Assembly (NCBI GenBank): GCA_963457605.1
Contig: OY735138.1
Source: an uncultured Gellertiella sp.
Lineage (GTDB): Bacteria > Pseudomonadota > Alphaproteobacteria > Rhizobiales > Rhizobiaceae
Length of the DNA stretch: 64,000 bases
Reading direction: 5' to 3' (one strand)
The notes beneath the pieces were generated by a model, which was not told the DNA's origin, did no database searches, and saw only the letters and a program-made list of their open reading frames with translations. Both the position numbers and the translations under genes were made by a program. Of this stretch, positions 1 through 9,087 are shown in pieces. Every line of letters starts with the position of its first letter. The stretch's first letter is position 1.

Positions 1-107
1 CGCCGTCCCTTGCCCATCCTGTCATCAACCCCTGCGGCTCTCGCCTGATCTTCCTGGAGGAACCAATCTCCCATTCTGACCGTGATCCCGTCAAATTCGC
101 CTACTGG

Positions 108-1169
108 GTGCCGAATGTTTCCGGCGGCCTGGTGATTTCCAATATCGAGCAGCGCACCAGCTGGACGATCGACTATAACCGCAAGCTGGCACAGATCGCC
201 GAGGCGAGTGGCTTCGATTATGCCCTGAGCCAGATCCGCTTCACTGCGGGATACGGTGCCGATAACCAGCATGAATCCGTGTCCTTCAGCCATGCGCTGC
301 TGGAGGCGACGACGACGCTCAAGGTGATCGCCGCCATTCTGCCCGGCCCGTGGAACCCGGCGCTCGCCGCCAAGCAGATCGCAACGATCAACCATCTGAC
401 CAATGGCCGCGTGGCGGTCAATGTGGTCAGCGGCTGGTTCAAGGGCGAATTCCACGCCATCGGCGAGCACTGGCTGGATCATGACGAGCGCTATCGACGT
501 TCGGTAGAATTCATCCGCGCCTTGCGGGGCATCTGGACGACGGACAATTTCACCTTCCAGGGCGATTTCTACCGGTTCCAGGACTATTCGCTGAAGCCGA
601 AACCCATCGATCCGCAGCCGGAGATTTTCCAGGGCGGTTCCTCGCGCGCGGCACGCGACATGGCGGCACGGGTCTCCGACTGGTATTTCACCAACGGCAA
701 CACGCCCGCCGAGATCAGGAAGCAGGTGGACGACATCCAGGGCAAGGCCCGCGAAAACGGCCACAGGGTCAGGGTCGGGGTGAATGCCTTCGCCATCGTG
801 CGGGAAACGGAAGCAGAGGCGAAAGCCGTCCTCGCCGAGATCATCGAAAAAGCCAACCCCGAAGCGGTCAATGCCTTTGGCCATGAGGTGAAGAATGCCG
901 GCAAGGCCTCGCCGGAAGGCGAGGGCAACTGGGCGAAATCCTCCTTCGAGGATCTGGTGCAGTATAATGACGGCTTCCGCTCCAACCTGATCGGCACGCC
1001 TGAGCAGGTGGCAGAGCGGGTGGTCGCGCTGAAGCGCGCCGGAGCGGACCTCATCCTGCTCGGCTTCCTGCATTTCCAGGAAGAGGTCGACTATTTCGGC
1101 AAGCACGTCATTCCGTTGATCCGCGAGCTGGAAGGTGCCGAGGCCAGCCACGCGGTTGCCGCGGAATAG
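108..1169 (+). CDS. sfnG: FMNH2-dependent dimethylsulfone monooxygenase-like protein (luciferase-like/LLM class)
   Basis: 353-aa ORF with near full-length resemblance to SfnG-type LLM monooxygenases (VPNVSGGLV, IEQRT.W.IDYNRKLAQIAE, RFTAGYGADNQHES, VVSGWFKGEF, GGSSRAARDMAARVSDWYFTNGN). The frame stays open back to nt 3 and encodes the conserved KFAYW directly upstream of the GTG at 108, with no ATG/GTG/TTG in between. The true start is therefore uncertain (non-canonical or upstream of the window). Confidence 0.85.
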   Translation: MPNVSGGLVISNIEQRTSWTIDYNRKLAQIAEASGFDYALSQIRFTAGYGADNQHESVSFSHALLEATTTLKVIAAILPGPWNPALAAKQIATINHLTNGRVAVNVVSGWFKGEFHAIGEHWLDHDERYRRSVEFIRALRGIWTTDNFTFQGDFYRFQDYSLKPKPIDPQPEIFQGGSSRAARDMAARVSDWYFTNGNTPAEIRKQVDDIQGKARENGHRVRVGVNAFAIVRETEAEAKAVLAEIIEKANPEAVNAFGHEVKNAGKASPEGEGNWAKSSFEDLVQYNDGFRSNLIGTPEQVAERVVALKRAGADLILLGFLHFQEEVDYFGKHVIPLIRELEGAEASHAVAAE

Positions 1170-1341
1170 CGGAACACCTGGCAGGACAGGAGAGCCGGGC
1201 GGCCACCAGGGGCGTCGGCTTTCGCCTCAAGAAGGTGAAGCAACGCGTGACCGTTCCCGACCGGGGCGGCCACGCGAAGGAGACGCCTTGCGCATCGTTT
1301 TCAGGATGGCGCGAGGCCGGGAAAAAGGGGGTCAAGAAACC

Positions 1342-2235
1342 ATGACGATCGCTCATTTGGCGGCAAGATCCGCAGCCTGGTCCGGACATCCGGTTGCCAT
1401 TGCCAGGGAAGGGCTGAACGTTGCCCGCGCGGCCATCTGGTCGCCGAAAACGGCACTGTCGCTTGCCGGGATATCGCTGTCCTTCGGTGGCGTGGTGGCG
1501 CTTCACGACCTCGATCTCGAGGTGCAGCGCGGCGAAATCCGGGCGATCATCGGGCCGAACGGGGCGGGGAAAAGCTCGGTGATCAACGTGATCAGCGGCG
1601 TCTATCGCCCGGACCGCGGCCATGTGTCGATTGGCGCGAACCGTTTTGCAAACGTGCCGACGCAAAGGCTTGCCCGGCTCGGCGTCGCCCGCACCTTCCA
1701 GAACCTCGCCCTGTTCAAGGGGCTGAGCGTGCTGGATAATGTCATGACCGGGCGGGTCTATCGCAACCGGTCCGGCTTCATCGAACAGATGATCGGCTTT
1801 GGCCGGGCCGCGCGCGAGCAGGCGGATGCCCGTGACCGGGCCGCGGCGGTGCTGGATTTCCTGCATCTCCAGTCCGTGCGCGAACGGCTGGTCGGCACCT
1901 TGCCCTATGGCCTGCAAAAACGCGTCGAGCTTGCCAGGGCGCTGGTGGCCGAACCCGACATCCTGCTGCTGGACGAACCGATGGCCGGCATGACGGCAAC
2001 CGAGAAGAACGAGATGGCGGGATATGTGCGCGCCGTGCGTGACCGCTTCGGCACCACCGTGGTGCTGATCGAACACGATATCGGCGTGGTCATGGGTCTC
2101 TCCGACCATGTGGCCGTGCTGGACCATGGCCGCAAGATTGCCGACGGCACGCCGGCGGAGGTGGCTGCCGATCCGGCCGTGATCGATGCCTATCTGGGCG
2201 TTGCGCCCGAAAACGAAGACGGGGAGGGCATCTGA
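1342..2235 (+). CDS. branched-chain amino acid-type ABC transporter ATP-binding protein (LivG-like)
   Basis: Tail of ORF 1135..2235. Start moved to ATG 1342 (MTIAHL), preceded by AAAGGGGG. Walker A GPNGAGKSS, signature LPYGLQKRVELARAL, Walker B ILLLDEPMAG. TGA overlaps the next ATG. Confidence 0.85.
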   Translation: MTIAHLAARSAAWSGHPVAIAREGLNVARAAIWSPKTALSLAGISLSFGGVVALHDLDLEVQRGEIRAIIGPNGAGKSSVINVISGVYRPDRGHVSIGANRFANVPTQRLARLGVARTFQNLALFKGLSVLDNVMTGRVYRNRSGFIEQMIGFGRAAREQADARDRAAAVLDFLHLQSVRERLVGTLPYGLQKRVELARALVAEPDILLLDEPMAGMTATEKNEMAGYVRAVRDRFGTTVVLIEHDIGVVMGLSDHVAVLDHGRKIADGTPAEVAADPAVIDAYLGVAPENEDGEGI

Positions 2236-3131
2236 TGCCCGAGTTCGACTGGTCGTTCTTCACCGAAGTGCTGGTGGGCGGACTTCTCTCCGGGGTGATG
2301 TATTCCCTGGTCGCGATCGGCTTCGTGCTGATCTACAAGACCTCGGGCGTGCTGAACTTCGCGCAGGGAGCCATGCTGCTCTTCGCAGCACTCACCTTCG
2401 TCAGCCTGACGGAACGCGGGGTCAGCTTTCCGCTGGCCTTTGCCGCCACCTTCGCCATCATGATCGTGCTTGGCATCGGCATCGAACGCGCGGTGCTGAG
2501 GCCGCTCACCAACAAGCCGCCGATCACGCTGTTCATGGCCACGCTCGGCCTCTCCTATGTCATCGAGGGTGCCGCCCAGCTGATCTGGGGCACGCAGGTG
2601 CATGGTCTCGATCTCGGCATCGAAGACGTGCCCTTCGACGTGGCCGGCGTCTTCATCAGCCAGTTCGATATCTTTGCCGCGGTGGTGGCCATCGCCCTGG
2701 TCGCAGCCCTCTCCGCCTTCTTCCGCTACACCCGGATCGGCCTGGGTTTCCGCGCCGTTGCCGACGACCAGTTCGCGGCACTCGCGGTCGGCCTGAAATT
2801 ACCGTGGATCTGGGCGAGCGTCTGGGCAGCGGCGGGGCTGGTGGCGCTTGTCGCGGGCCTGCTCTGGGGCGCCCGGTCCGGCGTGCAGTTTTCGCTGTCG
2901 CTGATCGTGCTGAAGGCGCTTCCGGTGCTGGTTCTCGGCGGCTTCGACAGTATTCCCGGTGCCATCGTCGGCGGTTTGCTGATCGGAGCGTCGGAGAAAC
3001 TCGCGGAAGTCTATATCGGCGAATATTTCGGCGGCGGCATCGAGGGCTGGTTTGCCTATGTGGTCGCCCTGCTTTTCCTCCTCGTCCGGCCTGCCGGCCT
3101 GTTCGGCCAGAAGCTCGTGGAAAGGGTCTGA
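2235..3131 (+). CDS. branched-chain amino acid-type ABC transporter permease (LivH-like)
   Basis: 298-aa polytopic hydrophobic ORF, start overlaps upstream stop (ATGA-type coupling). Typical LivH-like sequence (LNFAQGAMLLF, LIWG). Confidence 0.85.
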   Translation: MPEFDWSFFTEVLVGGLLSGVMYSLVAIGFVLIYKTSGVLNFAQGAMLLFAALTFVSLTERGVSFPLAFAATFAIMIVLGIGIERAVLRPLTNKPPITLFMATLGLSYVIEGAAQLIWGTQVHGLDLGIEDVPFDVAGVFISQFDIFAAVVAIALVAALSAFFRYTRIGLGFRAVADDQFAALAVGLKLPWIWASVWAAAGLVALVAGLLWGARSGVQFSLSLIVLKALPVLVLGGFDSIPGAIVGGLLIGASEKLAEVYIGEYFGGGIEGWFAYVVALLFLLVRPAGLFGQKLVERV

Positions 3132-3134
3132 TCC

Positions 3135-4187
3135 ATGTCTGCCATCCCGTCCGATCTTTCCCCGCCGCGTGGCGCCAGGGCGAAATCCCTGCCACCCTAT
3201 CTGGCTCCGCTGCTGGTGCTGATCGTCGCCTATGGCGTCATCCCGGCCATCGGCACCAGCTACCTCTTCGAAGGCATCCTGCTGCCCTTCCTGGCGCTGA
3301 GCCTTGCCGGCGTAGGGCTGAACATCCTGACCGGCTATGCCGGCCAGGTGTCGCTCGGCTCCGCTGCCTTCATGGCGGTGGGTGCCTTTGCCTGCTTCAA
3401 CGTCGATCTCAGGGCCGGGTCGCTGCCGCTTCTCGCAAGCATCCTTGCCGCAGGCCTCTCGGCGGCGGCCATCGGCATCGTCTTCGGCCTGCCGAGCCTC
3501 CGGCTGCGCGGCTTCTATCTGGCGGTGTCGACCCTTGCTGCGCAGTTCTTCGTGCAATGGGCGCTGACCAAATTCAGCTGGTTTTCCAACGACAGCGCCT
3601 CGGGCGTCATCGATGCACCAGCGCTGACCATTGCCGGGTTTACCTTCGAAGGGCCGGTCGGGCGCTATTATTTCGCGCTGATCGTCGTCACCCTGGTCAC
3701 CTTCCTCGCCCATCGCCTGGTGATCTGCGAGACGGGCCGCAATTTCATCGCCGTGCGGGACAACGAGACGGCGGCGCGCATCATCGGCGTGCCGGTGCTG
3801 CGCACCAAGCTGCTCGCCTTTGCCATCTCCTCCTTCATCATCGGTGTCGCCGGCGTGCTCTGGGCCTTCGCCTACCTGCGCACCGTCGAGCCTGCGGGCT
3901 TCAATCTCGACCGCTCCTTCCAGGTGCTGTTCATCATCATCATCGGCGGGCTTGCGACGCTCCGCGGGGCCTTCTTCGGTGCGGCGCTGATCGTGGTCTT
4001 TCCGCTGGTTCTGTCCCGTCTGGGCACCTTCGTCTTCGGCGATCTCTTCGACAGCGGCGTGCTCGACATGGCGCAGCGCATCGTGCTCGGCGCGCTGATC
4101 ATCCTCTTCCTGATCCTGGAACCGGACGGGCTTGCAGCCCTTGCCGACCGGATCCGCAAGCGCATCGGATTGCCTGGCAGAACCTGA
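3135..4187 (+). CDS. branched-chain amino acid-type ABC transporter permease (LivM-like)
   Basis: 350-aa hydrophobic ORF 3 nt after livH-like stop. GYAGQVSLGSAAFMAVGAF motif typical of LivM family. Confidence 0.85.
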   Translation: MSAIPSDLSPPRGARAKSLPPYLAPLLVLIVAYGVIPAIGTSYLFEGILLPFLALSLAGVGLNILTGYAGQVSLGSAAFMAVGAFACFNVDLRAGSLPLLASILAAGLSAAAIGIVFGLPSLRLRGFYLAVSTLAAQFFVQWALTKFSWFSNDSASGVIDAPALTIAGFTFEGPVGRYYFALIVVTLVTFLAHRLVICETGRNFIAVRDNETAARIIGVPVLRTKLLAFAISSFIIGVAGVLWAFAYLRTVEPAGFNLDRSFQVLFIIIIGGLATLRGAFFGAALIVVFPLVLSRLGTFVFGDLFDSGVLDMAQRIVLGALIILFLILEPDGLAALADRIRKRIGLPGRT

Positions 4188-4279
4188 ACGCCAGCATTCG
4201 ACCCATCCCGCATTCCCAATCTGCCTTCCAACCCTTCCGGCTGCCATCGGCACCGGTCAACACCTGGAGTTTATCCATC

Positions 4280-4609
4280 ATGACCCTTTTCTCGAAATTC
4301 AGGATCGCGGCCCTTGCGGCCGGCATCGCCTTCAGCATCGCGCTGCCGGCGGCCCATGCGGACGAGCAGTATTTCCCGCTGCAAAGCTATCGTGTCGGCC
4401 CCTATGCGGCGGGCGGCACGGGCTTTTTCGGTGGCTTCATCGATTACCTCAACCTGATCAACATCCGCGATGGCGGCGTCAACGGCGTCAAGCTTACCTG
4501 GTCTGAAGCCGAAACCCAGTATGAGGTGGAACGCGGCGTCGAGGCCTATGCCAAGGACAAGGGCATCAAGATCCGCACCGCTGCCGATGCGGACGGCGTG
4601 ACCAACTGA
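4280..4609 (+). pseudogene. truncated periplasmic substrate-binding protein (LivK/type-1 PBP family) fragment
   Basis: Only the last 109 codons of the artefactual 807-aa ORF make sense. They give a signal peptide (MTLFSKFRIAALAAGIAFSIALPAAHA) and an N-terminal PBP segment (YFPLQSYRVGPYAAGGTGFFGGFIDYLNLINIRDGGVNGVKLTW), then a stop after ~109 aa. Proteins of this family are several-fold longer. Confidence 0.6.
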
Positions 4610-4617
4610 GAATAGCG

Positions 4618-4664
4618 CTCCCGAACCCCGGCAGCCCTGAAAGGGATGCGCCGGGGTTCGGGAG
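4618..4664. repeat. perfect 15-bp inverted repeat (CTCCCGAACCCCGGC / GCCGGGGTTCGGGAG) with 17-nt loop
   Basis: Read directly. Lies just after the truncated binding-protein fragment and before the livF-like gene. Confidence 0.7.
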
Positions 4665-4700
4665 AGCCTCTGAACGCGGACAGGGCAAGGAGCCGATCTG

Positions 4701-5450
4701 ATGACGGACAACACGATACTGGCGGTCGACCGGCTGGAGGCAACCTATGCGCATGCCATTTCGGCGCTGCATGGGGTCAGCTTCTCTCTCGCCCGCGGCG
4801 AAATCCTGGCGCTGCTCGGCGCGAACGGTGCGGGCAAGACCACCGTGCTGAAGGCAATTTCCAACCTGCTGCCCGCCGAGCGTGGCCAGATCACCGCCGG
4901 CACGATCCGTTTCGACGGGCTCGACGTGACGAAAACCAGTCCGGCGGCGCTGGTCAGGGCGGGCCTGGTGCAGGTGCTGGAGGGACGCCACTGTTTCCGC
5001 AGCCTGTCGGTTGAGGAAAACCTGATTTGCGGTGGCCTCGGGCGCGGCAGTTCGCGCGGTGAGATCATCCGGGATCTCGAGCATGTCTATGCGATTTTTC
5101 CGCGGCTCAAGGACAGGCGGCGCACCGCCTCCGGCCTGACATCCGGTGGCGAACAGCAGATGACGGCCATCGGCCGGGCCCTGATGTCGCGCCCGCGCCT
5201 GCTGGTGCTGGATGAACCCTCGATGGGCCTTGCCCCGATCGTCATCCAGGACATTTTCCGCACCCTCCGGCGGCTGAACCGGGAGGAGGGGCTCTCCATC
5301 CTGGTCGCCGAGCAGAATTCGGCGATTGCGCTCGCCTATGCGGATCGCGCCACCGTGCTTGAAAACGGCAAGGATGTCCTGTCTGGCACCGCCCGCGAAA
5401 TCCGCGCCCGCGACGACATCAAATCCTTCTACCTCGGCCAGAACAACTAG
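4701..5450 (+). CDS. branched-chain amino acid-type ABC transporter ATP-binding protein (LivF-like)
   Basis: 249 aa. Walker A GANGAGKTT, signature LTSGGEQQM, Walker B LLVLDEPSMGLAP. Confidence 0.85.
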   Translation: MTDNTILAVDRLEATYAHAISALHGVSFSLARGEILALLGANGAGKTTVLKAISNLLPAERGQITAGTIRFDGLDVTKTSPAALVRAGLVQVLEGRHCFRSLSVEENLICGGLGRGSSRGEIIRDLEHVYAIFPRLKDRRRTASGLTSGGEQQMTAIGRALMSRPRLLVLDEPSMGLAPIVIQDIFRTLRRLNREEGLSILVAEQNSAIALAYADRATVLENGKDVLSGTAREIRARDDIKSFYLGQNN

Positions 5451-5511
5451 GTCACACCCGGCCTGGCGCTGACCGCCTGAACCTGAACCCTTGCGAAGAG
5501 GAGATCCCCAG

Positions 5512-6702
5512 ATGACCATCAATGCGATCAACACCGAAAATGCCGCGAGAGCGGTTCCGCCGGTGCCGCGCCCAGCCGAACCGGCCCATATCATCCGCTC
5601 CGACGAAGAGGCGATTGCGGTGGCAGAAAGGCTTGCCGCCGACTTCGTCATCGGTGCTGCCGAGCGTGACCGCGACCGGATCTGGCCGGTCAGGGAACTC
5701 GATGCCTTCTCGCAGAGCGGCCTCTGGTCGATCAACGTACCGAAAGCCCATGGCGGCCCGGAACTTTCCTACGCGACGCTGGCCAGGGTGGTGGAAATCA
5801 TCTCCGCCGCCGACAGTTCCATTGGCCAGATCTCGCAGAACCACCTGGGCGTGGTCGCCGCCATCCGCACCGTGTCGGACGAGGCGCAGAAAGCGCTGCT
5901 GTTTGCCGAGGTGCTGCGCGGAACCCGCTTCACCGATGCCGGCGACCATGTGATCGTCAATGGCCGCAAGTTCTATTCGTCGGGCGCGCTGCTCGCCCAT
6001 CTGGTGCCGATTGTCGCGCTGGATGACGAGGGCCGCGCCTGGTACGCGATTGCCGAGCGCGATGCACCGGGCCTGACCGTCATCGACGACTGGTCCTCAT
6101 TCGGCCAGCGCACGACATTGTCGGGCACGGTGCTGCTCGACAATGTCAAGGTGGCGAAAACCCATCTCGTTCCCGGCTACAAGGGCTATGCGGAGCCGAC
6201 AGCCGATGGCGCGATCTTCCAGATCATTCAGGTGGCCGTCGACACCGGCATTGCCCGTGCTGCCATCGACGAGACGGTGAATTTCGTCCGCACCAAGAGC
6301 CGCGCCTGGGTGGATTCCGGCGTCGACAATGCCTGGGACGACCCCTATACGATCCAGGCCGTGGGCAGGCTGACGCTGCATCTGCATGCCGCGCAGGCGC
6401 TGCTGGAAAAGGCCGGCCATGCCATCGACAGGGCGGTCGCGGAGCCGAATGCCGAAACCGTGGCCCAGGCGCAGATCATCACCGCCGAGGCCAAGGTGCT
6501 CTCCACCGAAATCGCCATCGAGGCCACCAACAAGCTGTTCGAACTCGCCGGCACCCGCTCGACGCTCGCCGAACATGCCCTCGACCGCCACTGGCGCAAT
6601 GCCCGCACCCACACATTGCACGACCCCGTCCGCTGGAAATATTCGATCCTCGGCAAGTATTTCCTGAACGGCGAAAAGCCGCCGCTGCATGCCTGGAGCT
6701 GA
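5512..6702 (+). CDS. SfnB-family sulfur-acquisition oxidoreductase (acyl-CoA dehydrogenase fold)
   Basis: ORF 5491..6702, start moved to ATG 5512 after GAGGAG. Acyl-CoA dehydrogenase-like sequence (NGRKFYSSGALLAHLVPIVALDDEG, DDWSSFGQRTTLSGTV, RHWRNARTHTLHDP) typical of SfnB/DszC-like proteins. Context is an sfnG-like gene and a flavin reductase. Confidence 0.75.
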   Translation: MTINAINTENAARAVPPVPRPAEPAHIIRSDEEAIAVAERLAADFVIGAAERDRDRIWPVRELDAFSQSGLWSINVPKAHGGPELSYATLARVVEIISAADSSIGQISQNHLGVVAAIRTVSDEAQKALLFAEVLRGTRFTDAGDHVIVNGRKFYSSGALLAHLVPIVALDDEGRAWYAIAERDAPGLTVIDDWSSFGQRTTLSGTVLLDNVKVAKTHLVPGYKGYAEPTADGAIFQIIQVAVDTGIARAAIDETVNFVRTKSRAWVDSGVDNAWDDPYTIQAVGRLTLHLHAAQALLEKAGHAIDRAVAEPNAETVAQAQIITAEAKVLSTEIAIEATNKLFELAGTRSTLAEHALDRHWRNARTHTLHDPVRWKYSILGKYFLNGEKPPLHAWS

Positions 6703-6863
6703 GAACAGCGGGGGCGGTTGCACCGCCGCCCCCTGGAATTCAACGAATTCCCGGATGCGGATCGCATGTCCGGCCGGGCAGCAGAAGCTTTTTTGCCCGG
6801 CCTCTTTCAACGCTGCCGATTGGAATGAATTTCCCCCTGGACCGCTCACAACGCAAATTTATA

Positions 6864-6883
6864 ACTCTACATTTTTTATAGAC
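6864..6883. promoter_or_regulatory. candidate operator ACTCTACA-N5-TATAGAC (copy 1)
   Basis: AT-rich island 47 nt upstream of the flavin reductase ATG. The same 8+7 nt half-sites with identical 5-nt spacing recur at 10572..10591. Partial dyad TCTACA-N5-TATAGA. Confidence 0.35.
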
Positions 6884-6929
6884 TTTATTATGTTGATTGC
6901 ATGAATTCGAGAAGATCAAAGGACAGATC

Positions 6930-7496
6930 ATGATCCCCATTGTGTCGGCATTTGGCAGTGGCATTTTCCCCATCGGCCTGGATCTGCCGCCGCCCGAAAC
7001 CGTCGCGCCTGCGGTCTTCAGGGAAGCGCTGCGGCATGTGGTGGGCAGCGTTTCGGTCGTGACGTCGGGGGAGGGGGACGCCCGGACCGGCGCCACCGTG
7101 ACCTCAGCCTACGGGCTTTCGGTCGATCCGGCGGCGATGATCGTCGCCATCAACCGGGACTCCTCCAGCTACCGGACGATCCGCCATTTCGGTCATTTCT
7201 GCGTGAATGTGCTGGCCCAGGGCCAGGAGGCGGTTGCCAACCGCTTTTCAGGCTTTGGCGGGGTCAAGGGTGTTGACCGCTATGCCGGCGAAAGCTGGTC
7301 GGTCGGCAAATCCGGGGCCCCCGTGCTCGACACGGCGCTGCTGTCTCTCGACTGCGTGCTGGAGGACGAGATCCGCAAGTTCAGCCACGCCATCTTCGTC
7401 GGCAGGGTGGTGTCGGCCGGTGTCCGGGAAGGCAATGCGCTGCTCTATGGCAATGGCGGCTATGGCGGGCTGTCGCGTCCGGGGACCGGAGCTTAG
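6930..7496 (+). CDS. flavin reductase family protein (NAD(P)H:FMN oxidoreductase, HpaC-like)
   Basis: ORF 6897..7496, start moved to ATG 6930 after AAAGGA. Flavin_Reduct-like sequence (FREALRHVVGSVSVVTS, TVTSAYGLSVDP, FCVNVL). Context is FMNH2-dependent monooxygenases. Confidence 0.75.
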   Translation: MIPIVSAFGSGIFPIGLDLPPPETVAPAVFREALRHVVGSVSVVTSGEGDARTGATVTSAYGLSVDPAAMIVAINRDSSSYRTIRHFGHFCVNVLAQGQEAVANRFSGFGGVKGVDRYAGESWSVGKSGAPVLDTALLSLDCVLEDEIRKFSHAIFVGRVVSAGVREGNALLYGNGGYGGLSRPGTGA

Positions 7497-7555
7497 CCAG
7501 ACACAAGGCTCACCGCACGTGCCATGCATCTTCATATTCCAAGGGAGCAGACAAC

Positions 7556-9028
7556 ATGACCATTCTGGATGGACAGGCAAAAGTTGTTCTCACCGTTGCG
7601 ATTGTGGGGGGAGGCCTGACCGGTGCCGCCGTTGCCCTTCATCTTCGGCGATCCTGGCAGGGAGATCCCGCAGCGCTTGATATCGTCGTCTGCGAACCGC
7701 GCGCAGAACTTGGACGCGGCCTCGCCTATGACACGGTCGAAGCCTCCCACCGGGTCAACGTGCCGGCCGGCAGGATGAGCATCGATCCGCTGGATGACCG
7801 TGCCTTCGAGACCTGGTTTTTTGCCAGCGGCGAGAGCGGGCGCGATCCGCAGGCGCTCGGATCAGATGGCCGCTATTACCCGCGCCGTGATGCCTTTGGC
7901 CGCTACGTCTCCGCCCAGATCAAGCCCTGTCTGGCAGCCGGAAGCATCCGCCACCTCGCCCGGAAGATCGAGCATGTGGGCTTTGAACGCGGCCACTACG
8001 TGCTCGGCACTGCCGACGGACGGCGGCACCGGGCCGATTTTCTGGTAATCGCCACATCGCATCCGTCCCCGGCCCCGCCGGTGCAACTGGCGGTGCTGGC
8101 CGGAGATCCCCGGCTGGTGGCAGATCCCAACCAGCCGGGATCACTTTCCCGCATCAGGCCCGAAGACCGGGTTCTGGTCGTCGGCTCCGGGCTTGGCGCT
8201 GCCGATGTGGTTGCTGCGCTGGACAGCCATGGCCATCGCGGCCAGATCACGGTGTTTTCGCGGCGTGGCCTCGTCTCGCGCGGCCATGCGGCCGACGATC
8301 TGGAACCACGGGGAGATTTTGTCAGCCATCCCGCAGATACCGTCCGGGCACTGGTGCGCCGCATCCGGGCCGAGATCCGCGACGCCGCCGAACACGGCAG
8401 CGGATGGCAGGCGGTGTTCGATGCCCTGCGCACACAGGGCGGGGCGATCTGGCAGCATCTGCCGCTGACCGAACGGCAGAGGCTGGTGCGCCACCTGCGC
8501 CCCTTCTGGGACGTGCACCGCTTCCGTGTCGCCCCGCAGGTCAAGGCGATCTCGGACCGGCTGGTCGCAGAAGGGCGCCTGCGCTATCTCGCCGCCTCGC
8601 TCGCCGCTGTCGATTACATCGATCACCAGTCTCCCGTCACGATCAGCCTGAGGCATCGCCACAGCGGTGCCATCGAGGAGTCGGATTTCGATGCAGTCAT
8701 CGTCACGACCGGGCCAGCCCACCGGAGCATCATTGCCCACCAGCCCTATCTCCAGAGCCTGAACGGTCTCGGCCTGATCCGGCTCGACGACACCGGTCTC
8801 GGCCTTGCCTGCGCCTGGAATGCCCGGGCGCTCGATCTCTGGGGCGCAACCGTCCCCGGCCTCTACATAGCCGGGCCGCTGGCGCGCGGCACCTTCGGTG
8901 AACTGATGGGGCTGCCCCAGGTCAACGAACAGGCCTTGCTGGTTGCAGGCGAGATCCGGCGGGAGCTGGAAAAGCGTCTTTCCGGGCTCGATGCCCGCGT
9001 GGCCCGGCCCGGCAGGATACCGGCGTAA
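7556..9028 (+). CDS. FAD/NAD(P)-binding protein (YdhS-like)
   Basis: 490 aa. N-terminal dinucleotide fold VAIVGGGLTGAAVALHL and second Rossmann motif VLVVGSGLGAADVVAAL. Architecture of the FAD-NAD(P)-binding (NAD_binding_9) family. Confidence 0.7.
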   Translation: MTILDGQAKVVLTVAIVGGGLTGAAVALHLRRSWQGDPAALDIVVCEPRAELGRGLAYDTVEASHRVNVPAGRMSIDPLDDRAFETWFFASGESGRDPQALGSDGRYYPRRDAFGRYVSAQIKPCLAAGSIRHLARKIEHVGFERGHYVLGTADGRRHRADFLVIATSHPSPAPPVQLAVLAGDPRLVADPNQPGSLSRIRPEDRVLVVGSGLGAADVVAALDSHGHRGQITVFSRRGLVSRGHAADDLEPRGDFVSHPADTVRALVRRIRAEIRDAAEHGSGWQAVFDALRTQGGAIWQHLPLTERQRLVRHLRPFWDVHRFRVAPQVKAISDRLVAEGRLRYLAASLAAVDYIDHQSPVTISLRHRHSGAIEESDFDAVIVTTGPAHRSIIAHQPYLQSLNGLGLIRLDDTGLGLACAWNARALDLWGATVPGLYIAGPLARGTFGELMGLPQVNEQALLVAGEIRRELEKRLSGLDARVARPGRIPA

Positions 9029-9087
9029 CCGCATCCTGCCGGTTTTGAGGCCGCAAAACGGCCCCGGAGTCGGCATGTGTTACGGGC

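Noticed and set aside
2186-4609. 807-aa ORF spanning the livH/livM-like genes
   Set aside because: Out-of-frame read-through of two well-supported permease genes, with Arg/Pro/Gly/Ala-rich nonsense composition typical of high-GC shadow frames. Only its last 109 codons (4280..4609) correspond to a real binding-protein fragment.
9011-9060. Hairpins between the convergent FAD-binding genes (GGCAGGAT-N14-ATCCTGCC, and CCGGTTTTG/CAAAACGG)
   Set aside because: The stems are short or bulged with no clean T-tract. The first encloses the stop codon of 7556..9028. Not confident enough to call a terminator.
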